IMG/VR virus record: IMGVR_UViG_3300010042_000007
Span: 1 to 40,155 of that record
DNA: 40,155 nt
Strand: one strand, 5' to 3'
Source: a virus
Part shown: piece after piece, positions 19,090-26,006 of the stretch
Numbering within the stretch: position 1 is the first letter of the stretch
Layout of the letters: each line of letters begins with the position of its first letter
Notes under the pieces: generated by a model
The model's database searches: none
Told to the model about the DNA's origin: nothing
Seen by the model: only the letters and a program-made list of their open reading frames with translations
Program-made: the position numbers and the translations under genes

Positions 19090-20232
19090 ATGAAAAAACT
19101 GATATTCCTCACAGTCGCACTTATTGCAGGGGCAAGCCTTTGGGCTGCTCCTCGTCCATTGGACACGTATAGCACAGCCTACACGGATGGAACCTATGCC
19201 ATTCAGCAGATTCGTCTCGATCCCATAACGCACTATGTGATTTCGGCTGACACCGAGCTTATCGAAGCCCCATGGAACGGGAGTGCCTATGGCTCGGGGC
19301 TCTACGTTTACGATCCGATTACCCGCAACATGACGGGAGCGGCGTTGGACACCGGTAGCGGTATCGTCCTGACCTACCACTCGACGGACGATTACTACAC
19401 GGTAAACATTGGCATCAACTCTGCCACGCAGACGGCGCTGGATGGAAAGTCCACCACGGCGCAAGGAGCGAAGGCGGACAGCGCGGTGCAGCCTGCGGCG
19501 ATGACCTCGGCTCTGGGTAGCTACGCGACAACGGCGGCAATGACCTCGGGGCTTGGCGCCAAGTTCAACACGCCCACCGGTTCCACCTCGCAATACCTGC
19601 GCGGTGATGGATCGGTGGCGACGTTCCCCAGCATTCCGGCGGCACAGGTTCAAAGCGACTGGAACGCGGTCAGCGGCTTGGGCGTTGTGCTCAACAAGCC
19701 AATCATCCCAGCGGCCAGCACGGTTGCGGTTAATGCCCCGCTCATCAACGCAGGGACCACCACCGCGGCCAACCTGAGCATCAGCGCGGCGACCACGTCG
19801 ACGGCCGGCAGCATGAGTGCGGCAGACAAGCTCAAGCTGGACGGCCTGCCCGTTGCCCGATCCTTCGCCGCTCCCGCCCGCAGTGTTGTCACCAGCACCG
19901 CGTCAACCGGCTGGCAGATCGACAGCACGCGGGATGCGGAAGCGTCTTACGACATCGACCTGTCTTCCACCGCCTCGATCGCTGGTAACGCCACGGTCAT
20001 CGTTTACTTGGAGACGGCCAACACTCCTAGCACCACGCCGTCCGATTGGACGATCGTGGGAAAGGTTTCAAACGGCCAGGCCCTCAGCTTGGCCATCACC
20101 CTGCAATCGATCCAGACAACCACTGTCCCGTTGGTGAAGATGATTCCCGCTGGAAAGTATGTGCGGGTTCGCTCAGTGATCACGGGAACGGCAACGGCCA
20201 CCATCGCCTACGCACAGGAAGTTAAACTGTAA
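19090..20232 (+). CDS. tail fibre protein
   Basis: 380 aa with fibre-type motifs STSQYLRGDGS, QSDWNAVSGLGVVLNKP and GSMSAADKLKLDGL. N-terminal signal-peptide-like segment MKKLIFLTVALIAGASLWA. Confidence 0.6.
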   Translation: MKKLIFLTVALIAGASLWAAPRPLDTYSTAYTDGTYAIQQIRLDPITHYVISADTELIEAPWNGSAYGSGLYVYDPITRNMTGAALDTGSGIVLTYHSTDDYYTVNIGINSATQTALDGKSTTAQGAKADSAVQPAAMTSALGSYATTAAMTSGLGAKFNTPTGSTSQYLRGDGSVATFPSIPAAQVQSDWNAVSGLGVVLNKPIIPAASTVAVNAPLINAGTTTAANLSISAATTSTAGSMSAADKLKLDGLPVARSFAAPARSVVTSTASTGWQIDSTRDAEASYDIDLSSTASIAGNATVIVYLETANTPSTTPSDWTIVGKVSNGQALSLAITLQSIQTTTVPLVKMIPAGKYVRVRSVITGTATATIAYAQEVKL

Positions 20233-20238
20233 ACCGCC

Positions 20239-20721
20239 ATGCCACTCCCTCCTGAATTCCCGTTCCCGCTTGATCTTCACGGCCTGATTGTGGAGGGACG
20301 GCGCGTTCCTCGTCGGGGCATCGTCTCTTCTCCATTCGCCTTCATCTCGAAAGAGGTGGGGCCGGTGGATGTGGAGGTTGGTTTTGACACCGACTTTGCC
20401 AGCGTCCCCCGTGGGCTCTGGAACCTTTACCCGCCTGATGGTGAATACACCGAGGCGGCGGTAATCCACGACGCGCTCTACTGGCATCAGGCGACGGCGG
20501 AGAAGGACGGCAAGCCCGTCACGCGCCCGCAGGCTGACGCGGTGTTCCTTGAGGCGATGAAGGCCCTCGGCATCGGTTGGCTGACCCGCACCATCCTTTA
20601 CCGTGCCGTGCGCCTTGGCGGGCAATCCGCATGGGACAGCAACGCGCTTGAGAAGTCCGGTCTTGCCCGCACTGATAACCCTCCTTCATCAACCCCGCCG
20701 ATGCGCGGCTTCACGAAATGA
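20239..20721 (+). CDS. DUF1353-family protein
   Basis: 160 aa. The core FDTDFASVPRGLWNLYPPDGEYTEAAVIHDALY matches the DUF1353 signature as I remember it. Confidence 0.6.
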   Translation: MPLPPEFPFPLDLHGLIVEGRRVPRRGIVSSPFAFISKEVGPVDVEVGFDTDFASVPRGLWNLYPPDGEYTEAAVIHDALYWHQATAEKDGKPVTRPQADAVFLEAMKALGIGWLTRTILYRAVRLGGQSAWDSNALEKSGLARTDNPPSSTPPMRGFTK

Positions 20722-21005
20722 AACACCTGATTAAATTCATCATGCTCACCTGCCTTTTATCATTCCTTTCCGGCTGTGTCGGGAAGATCAAACTGCCGGA
20801 GATAAACGCCGACCGCGTGGAGTATAAACGGAGTGACCCGTGGGGCGGCTCCACCATCACGATCACCGGTCTATCGGTGACGAAGGAGGAAGTGAAATGC
20901 GAAGAATACACACGCGTTACCGGATACCCGTCGTTCAACCAATCCATCCGCGTCATCAACTATTCCCGTCCGCGCAGTCGGCCGGTCGATGGGGGTGGAA
21001 ATTGA
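20718..21005 (+). CDS. lipoprotein (possible o-spanin or exclusion lipoprotein)
   Basis: ATGA overlap with the upstream stop. Signal peptide plus lipobox: MKHLIKFIMLTCLLSFLSGC. Confidence 0.6.
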   Translation: MKHLIKFIMLTCLLSFLSGCVGKIKLPEINADRVEYKRSDPWGGSTITITGLSVTKEEVKCEEYTRVTGYPSFNQSIRVINYSRPRSRPVDGGGN

Positions 21006-21013
21006 GCACCCAG

Positions 21014-21271
21014 ATGAGAGCACGGCTTGAAACCCTCGCTGTCGTTGTTGCCCTGCTGGCCGCGCTGTTCAGCGGTGTGAAGGCGTGGGTCTTGATTCCC
21101 GATCGCCAGGATCGTGCGGAAGTGCGGATGGCTGAAATCGAGAAGAGCGCAAACGAGGCGAACACGAAGCGGGAGGCTGACCGTGAAATCCTCCTCCGGA
21201 TGTCGTGGAATTACGAACAGGTCACAAAGGACGTGGCCTCGATCAATAAGAAGTTGGACTCCAGGCCCTAG
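21014..21271 (+). CDS. small membrane protein with coiled-coil tail (holin or i-spanin candidate)
   Basis: I prefer ATG 21014 within track ORF 20840..21271. 85 aa with an N-terminal TM helix (LETLAVVVALLAALFSGVKAWVLI) followed by a charged helix. Last gene of the late operon. Confidence 0.5.
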   Translation: MRARLETLAVVVALLAALFSGVKAWVLIPDRQDRAEVRMAEIEKSANEANTKREADREILLRMSWNYEQVTKDVASINKKLDSRP

Positions 21272-21486
21272 CTTTTGCTGAAGGCTGGCACGTAAAGCCG
21301 GACCGCTCCGCACTTGGAGCATCCGGCTTTTTTGTGTCCTGACGGGTAGCGTTCAATCGTCCGCCACCGGTGACAGCAAAGGCGGAGACCGCGGGGCCTG
21401 GGGTGGGCGATGCGCCAAAGGGCGGCGGTCCAGATGAGGGCGAGGGTGAAGGAGGCGGCGAAGACCAGCTTGGCAAGGGTGGTCAC
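21268..21486 (-). CDS. small membrane protein with Cys-rich tail (last early-operon ORF)
   Basis: GTG 21486 forms a GTGA overlap with the HNH-like stop. 72 aa with a TM-like N-terminus (TTLAKLVFAASFTLALIWTAALW) in very GC3-rich codons, then CCH...CSKC. It runs through the plus-strand terminator, so it is uncertain. Confidence 0.35.
   Translation of the reverse strand: MTTLAKLVFAASFTLALIWTAALWRIAHPRPRGLRLCCHRWRTIERYPSGHKKAGCSKCGAVRLYVPAFSKS
21295..21333 (+). terminator. intrinsic terminator ending the late operon
   Basis: Two-tier hairpin. AAGCCGGA (21295-21302) pairs with TCCGGCTT (21322-21329), enclosing GCTCC/GGAGC. It runs into TTTTTT (21328-21333), 24 nt after the stop codon. Confidence 0.65.
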
Positions 21487-21830
21487 GCGAGGAACCCGTT
21501 GGCGCGGGCCCACGAAGGATTCGAGTGAATGCGGTGGTGAGCCTCTGAAGAAACCGCGAGCCAAGTGGAGACGTTGAGGTAGTTCTTCCCCCTGCCTTCG
21601 CGGTGGTGGCATTCCTTGCTTCGTGGGGCGCCGATGGAAAGCAGTTGGATGACAGCGAGGGTGTGCGATCCTTTGCGGTAGAATCCAACGGTGATTTCGG
21701 TGTATCCGTTTTCACTCAGCCATACCTCACACACGGGGCGCTCTACCATGAACCCGGTGCGGAGCCGGGCGTATTCCTTCATCTCTCGGGCACGCTTCAC
21801 GGATACGCGGCGGATGGGAGTGCGCTTCAT
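21483..21830 (-). CDS. HNH-family nuclease-like protein
   Basis: I prefer the internal Met (MKRTPIRRVSVKRAREMKEYARLR...), which forms an ATGA overlap with the upstream gene. The C-terminus ECHHREGRGKNYL...AHHRIHSNPSWARANG resembles phage HNH proteins. Confidence 0.5.
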   Translation of the reverse strand: MKRTPIRRVSVKRAREMKEYARLRTGFMVERPVCEVWLSENGYTEITVGFYRKGSHTLAVIQLLSIGAPRSKECHHREGRGKNYLNVSTWLAVSSEAHHRIHSNPSWARANGFLA

Positions 21831-22135
21831 GAAAGGATGGCGTCGTCGCCCGGTGTGTTGGCAGGGAGGTCGGTGAAGTGGATGCGGATGAAGTCGCCGG
21901 ACCAGCCGGCAATCGGGCACTCGCCGATGTCGATCGAGGTCACGGTGAACAGGCTGGTGGTTTTGGTGTAGCCTCGGGCGAAGCGCACCTTGGCGATCAG
22001 GTGGCGGTTCTCGTAGATGTCCCGCATCCACTTCGGGGACATCTTGCGGTATTCGATGCGCTTCGGATCGGTGGCCTTAGCGGTCTCGTCGTACCAGTGG
22101 AAGGTCAGGACGAGGTGGAGGGTGTCGGTGGACAT
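21827..22135 (-). CDS. hypothetical protein (possible ASCH/PUA-like fold)
   Basis: 102-aa ORF. The pattern LHLVLTFHWYDETAKATDPKRIEYRK...IAKVRFARGY is reminiscent of ASCH-type domains. The fold call is weak. Confidence 0.5.
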   Translation of the reverse strand: MSTDTLHLVLTFHWYDETAKATDPKRIEYRKMSPKWMRDIYENRHLIAKVRFARGYTKTTSLFTVTSIDIGECPIAGWSGDFIRIHFTDLPANTPGDDAILS

Positions 22136-22557
22136 TGGATTATGATTTCGATTTCCGTGCGCTCTTCGCTTTTTTCTCCAACCTTTTCTTGGCTTGTTTC
22201 AATTCGCGCTCTCTCTGGCGCATCGTCTGGTAGGATTCCAGCGTAGCGGAGGGAATCGACGTGCCACTTTGGAACCAGGTTGTCGGTATCAATGAGGCGC
22301 TTTCTGAAGCTTTTAACGCGGACAATGTAGAATCTTGAATCGCCCGCTTCAGCTTTGCTCTTTGCCAGTGCCCCATTCCGAGGACGGCGTTTAGGCTTGG
22401 CAGAGGGTGGGCAATCGAGAGCCGGAAGATCAGGGGTGTGCTGGCCTGTTGGGGCGGGGATAGAGGCAAAGCCGTTGAGCCGGAGGAAGGCGGCGCTGGC
22501 TTGGGGGAATCGCTGGGAAAGGTCAATTGACCGGCTGGGTGTGACTGGCTTGGGCAT
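22105..22557 (-). CDS. RusA-like Holliday-junction resolvase (frame ambiguity, see findings)
   Basis: The C-terminal half FYIVRVKSFRKRLIDTDNLVPKWHVDSLRYAGILPDDAPERARIE...ERTEIEI carries the RusA D-x-DN...K...D...DD pattern. It overlaps the next gene by 31 nt. An alternative frame (22140..22562) carries an N-terminal RusA-like motif. Confidence 0.45.
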   Translation of the reverse strand: MPKPVTPSRSIDLSQRFPQASAAFLRLNGFASIPAPTGQHTPDLPALDCPPSAKPKRRPRNGALAKSKAEAGDSRFYIVRVKSFRKRLIDTDNLVPKWHVDSLRYAGILPDDAPERARIETSQEKVGEKSEERTEIEIIIQCPPTPSTSS

Positions 22558-22558
22558 G

Positions 22559-23008
22559 TCATGATTGGTTGAAGAGGGGCATCGTCAGGTTTTTCAGGGC
22601 GTTCTCGCACTTCTCTCTGATTGCATGGAATTCCTTGGAGAATTTGGGATCAGAGCTGATTCGGTTGGTGATGGACTTCGATGCGTGAAGCACGGTCCCG
22701 TGGTCACGGTTGAAGCATGTGCCGATGTCGGTGATCGCGTGCTTGGTGAGCTCACGGCAAAGGACCATCGCCACCTGACGGGGCAGGGCATAGCTGTTGG
22801 TCCTGATTTGTGAGGACATGGCGGCCGCTGGGACTGCGTATGCCTCGCACACGATTTGTTGAATCGTCTCCACGTTTATGAGGGCCACCGCGTGGGGCGT
22901 CACAATTTCAGCGTCCAACTGGCGCATGATGGCCTTGGCGGTGGTCATGAAAGCGCGGAACTGCTGGCGGAGTAGGCGCTGGTTTTCCTGAAGGGTGAGG
23001 TGGCTCAT
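22559..23008 (-). CDS. DnaA domain IV (C-terminal DNA-binding domain)-only protein
   Basis: I prefer the internal Met at 23008, which forms an ATGA overlap with the upstream stop. In 149 aa, LPRQVAMVLCRELTKHAITDIGTCFNRDHGTVLHASKSI matches the DnaA C-terminal helix-turn-helix signature. No AAA+ region. Confidence 0.7.
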   Translation of the reverse strand: MSHLTLQENQRLLRQQFRAFMTTAKAIMRQLDAEIVTPHAVALINVETIQQIVCEAYAVPAAAMSSQIRTNSYALPRQVAMVLCRELTKHAITDIGTCFNRDHGTVLHASKSITNRISSDPKFSKEFHAIREKCENALKNLTMPLFNQS

Positions 23009-23268
23009 ATGTCGTCGGCTGCTCGTTTCCACGAATCGTGGATCGTCGCGTAGTTGAGGGTCATTGAAATCGTGAGGGTCTTTCCTGTCTTGCCCCGCAC
23101 GGTGAGGCTGAAGTCTGGAATCTTTCCTTTGCCCACAGGCGGGGCATCGGCGGAGGCAATTACTTGCCCGTGGTAGCGGGTGGTGTTGGGCTGGCGGACC
23201 CCGCGAATGACCGCATCCTTGGTGGGGAAGAACGCACAGACCTTGCCCACAAAGTCCTCGGCCTTCAT
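23005..23268 (-). CDS. hypothetical protein
   Basis: 87-aa ORF, translationally coupled at both ends (ATGA overlaps). Confidence 0.55.
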   Translation of the reverse strand: MKAEDFVGKVCAFFPTKDAVIRGVRQPNTTRYHGQVIASADAPPVGKGKIPDFSLTVRGKTGKTLTISMTLNYATIHDSWKRAADDI

Positions 23269-23594
23269 GAGCCGTCACCGGCGCGGTGCTGCTTGGACAA
23301 CCCTTGAAGGATTTCCTTGAGGAAGTATTTCCGGGCAACGTGCACATGACGACATTCTTGGCGGGCGGGGTCGGGCTTCTTCGCCGTGCCGTAGGGGATG
23401 AAGGCGTTGGGCGCCGCCTTCTGGTTCGGCCGGCACCTCGTTGTCCAGTCCTTGCAGCTACAGGCACCCTGGCCGGCGTGCGCCAGAAGATCAACCTGGT
23501 GGGGTTGGTCGGGGTGCTCGAAGCTCTCGACCAAGAACCGGCCAATCTCTCCATGCACGGGCCTTACTTTGATCAATCCGTTGGCGGCGCTCAT
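23265..23594 (-). CDS. SWIM zinc-finger protein
   Basis: 109 aa with the CxC...CxH pattern: GACSCKDW...ECRHVHVARKY. Confidence 0.55.
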   Translation of the reverse strand: MSAANGLIKVRPVHGEIGRFLVESFEHPDQPHQVDLLAHAGQGACSCKDWTTRCRPNQKAAPNAFIPYGTAKKPDPARQECRHVHVARKYFLKEILQGLSKQHRAGDGS

Positions 23595-24709
23595 TCGGTG
23601 AGGAGGTAGGCACTCACGAAGAGCGCGGCGGTTTGCGGTACGATGGCGTTGCCGTAACCGCGCAGGCGCACCACGCGGGCGGGAACCCCATGAGCCAACG
23701 GGAATGTGCCGGATTCAACGCGCCTCGCTTTTCCGTCTGTGCAGGGGAGAAGGTCGAAGGAATCCCAAGCGCCGCCTGCCTCGGGAGATCCCGAGGATTC
23801 GTCCCGTTGCCCGGTGAGTTCTTGCAATCCCGAACAACCGGCGTGTGCCACCCTGCCGTCCTCGCCGCCGAGGTCAGCGTGTCCGCTCGCCCGTGGTGTG
23901 CTCCCGTGCTCTCGCTGTCCTCCGCTCTGGGTGTCGGCCAACCGGCCAATTTCGGGCCGTTCTTCGTTTCTCGAATCCCCGTCAACGCGTCCACCGTCCG
24001 CTCGTAGTCGGTCGAGCCCGCTGCGTTGTAGTTCTCTGTGCTCGGTGTTCCCGCTTGCGGCGTGGGCCAGCCCGCAAGCTGTGCCGCCGAGTGAAGCGCC
24101 ATCCCGCCCTGTCTGCCCGGAGGTATCGTGTCCCCGTTCGTGTCCGATGTGCGGGGCGTGGGCCATCCAGTAGAGTCGCTGTCTGATGTGGGGCGAGCCG
24201 ACGCTGTGTGCGCCCAAAACTGCCGCCCCTGTGGTGTAACCCGCAGATTCCAGGTCTGCCGATACTCCATCGAACCACACAGGTCCGTCCTCATCTTTAT
24301 GACCGCCGCCAACTTTTCCGACAACGAGGGAGGAAGCGACTTGTTCACCGAAGAGGGTGAATGCCCACTGTTGTCCGAGGTCGCGGCATTTAACGATGAG
24401 GGCGAAGAAGACGGGCCACAGGTGGCGAGCGTCGGCGGTGCCGTCTTGGCTACCCGCTGCGCTGAAGGGCTGGCAGGGGCAACTTCCAGTCCCAACAGGT
24501 CGAGTTGCAGGCCAGCGAGCAAGGGAGAGGGCGTGGGACCATCCGCCGATTCCGGCAAAGAAGTGACATTGGGTGTATCCGGTGAGTTCATGCGGTTTGA
24601 TTTCGGTGATGCTGCGTTCGTCCACGTCTCCGGCTGGAATGAGTCCAGCCTTGATGAGTTCGCGGAGCCAGGCAGCGGCTTTGGGATCGTGCTCGTTGTA
24701 GAAGTTCAT
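23591..24709 (-). CDS. DNA (cytosine-5)-methyltransferase
   Basis: Motif I FFAGIGGW, motif IV SCPCQPFS, motif VI FGEQV, motif VIII GSPHIRQRLYW, motif X YGNAIVPQTAA. Confidence 0.85.
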   Translation of the reverse strand: MNFYNEHDPKAAAWLRELIKAGLIPAGDVDERSITEIKPHELTGYTQCHFFAGIGGWSHALSLARWPATRPVGTGSCPCQPFSAAGSQDGTADARHLWPVFFALIVKCRDLGQQWAFTLFGEQVASSLVVGKVGGGHKDEDGPVWFDGVSADLESAGYTTGAAVLGAHSVGSPHIRQRLYWMAHAPHIGHERGHDTSGQTGRDGASLGGTACGLAHAASGNTEHRELQRSGLDRLRADGGRVDGDSRNEERPEIGRLADTQSGGQREHGSTPRASGHADLGGEDGRVAHAGCSGLQELTGQRDESSGSPEAGGAWDSFDLLPCTDGKARRVESGTFPLAHGVPARVVRLRGYGNAIVPQTAALFVSAYLLTE

Positions 24710-26001
24710 GGAGCGGTGGTGACGGCCTGTTCGTAGAACCGAACTGCGTCGGGGTGGGCTTTGATCGAGGCTTTGGAACCGGAGGCGATGAACAAACCGT
24801 CTTTCGTCTTCGCCCGGGATAGGGCAACGTAGGCCTGCCCGAATTCGAAGGCGCGTCCAAGATGGACTTCCACCTTCTCAAGGGTCATCCCCTGCGATTT
24901 GTGGACGGTGATGGCCCAAGCGAGGCGGAGCGGGACCTGCACGCGGCTCCCGATCTTCTGTTCGTTCTCACGGATCGTCCATTCCCACGTCTCGATGTCT
25001 TGGGTGATACCGTTCTGGAACTTCACCACGGGGATCACGCCGCGCATGAACGGTGTGAAGGAAACGACTTCGCCGATCGAGCCGTTCACCAGCCCACGCT
25101 CTTGGTCGAGGTTGACGCAGAGCATGACCTGGGCACCCACCTTTAACTCGAGGCTGGCGGGCATCAGGCACTTCTCGAGGACCTTGATCGCCCGTGCCGT
25201 GCCTTCGTCCTTGGCGGTGTAGCCGTGCATCTGGGATTCGATCAGTGCCAGCCGGCGGCCGTTGATCGTCTCTGCGTCCTTGTTGTGCGTGGTGAGGATC
25301 ACCGGCGGGAGTTCGGGGTGCGGGTCTTTCTTCCGGTAGCAGGAATTGAGGAGCGCCGAAACCTCGGGGGATTCGAGGTGGTCGCCGACGCGGACCTTGT
25401 TGAGTGCCGCGGCGAACTCCGCGTCCGCCTGACGATAGACCTTGGTGAGCATGTGCGTCTTGATCTTCGCGGCCTTCCACGCCTCGGACTGGAAAGCAAA
25501 CTTCTCGGGGTTGGCGTTGTCGGTGGAGACGGGCGGGAGTTGGAGGAAATCCCCGAAAAGGATCAGTTGCATCCCGCCGAATGGCTTGTCGTTTTCCCGC
25601 ACAAGCTGGAAAATCTTGTCCACCTTATCGAACAGGGAGGCGGGGATCATGGAGACCTCATCGAGGGCGAGGTGGTTCGTGCCTCGGATGTTGTCGTAGG
25701 CGCGGCGGTTGTCGCCGTGGATGATCCGGTTGGCGATGGTGGAGGCGGCACCGTCACCCATGCCGAGGCCGGCCCAAGTGTGGAGCGTGAGGCCGCCGAC
25801 GTTGACGGCCGCAATGCCGGTGGACCCGCACACGGCGAGGCGCAGGTAGGATTCGGACATGTGCCGGCGGAGCTCCTTCAGGATCGTGCTCTTGCCCGTG
25901 CCGGCGGAACCCGAGATGCAGACGTTCTCAAGTTGGATGATGTCCTTGAATGGACGGTATTGCTCCTCAGAGAGGGCGGGGGTGGTGACTGGATCGTTCA
26001 T
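24706..26001 (-). CDS. PIF1/RecD-family helicase
   Basis: I prefer Met 26001 because track start 26037 would overlap the dam gene. Walker A SGSAGTGKST, Walker B LALDEVSM, GDFLQLPPV, and the C-terminal ITVHKSQG...YVALSRA signature. Confidence 0.8.
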   Translation of the reverse strand: MNDPVTTPALSEEQYRPFKDIIQLENVCISGSAGTGKSTILKELRRHMSESYLRLAVCGSTGIAAVNVGGLTLHTWAGLGMGDGAASTIANRIIHGDNRRAYDNIRGTNHLALDEVSMIPASLFDKVDKIFQLVRENDKPFGGMQLILFGDFLQLPPVSTDNANPEKFAFQSEAWKAAKIKTHMLTKVYRQADAEFAAALNKVRVGDHLESPEVSALLNSCYRKKDPHPELPPVILTTHNKDAETINGRRLALIESQMHGYTAKDEGTARAIKVLEKCLMPASLELKVGAQVMLCVNLDQERGLVNGSIGEVVSFTPFMRGVIPVVKFQNGITQDIETWEWTIRENEQKIGSRVQVPLRLAWAITVHKSQGMTLEKVEVHLGRAFEFGQAYVALSRAKTKDGLFIASGSKASIKAHPDAVRFYEQAVTTAP

Positions 26002-26006
26002 GTGGA

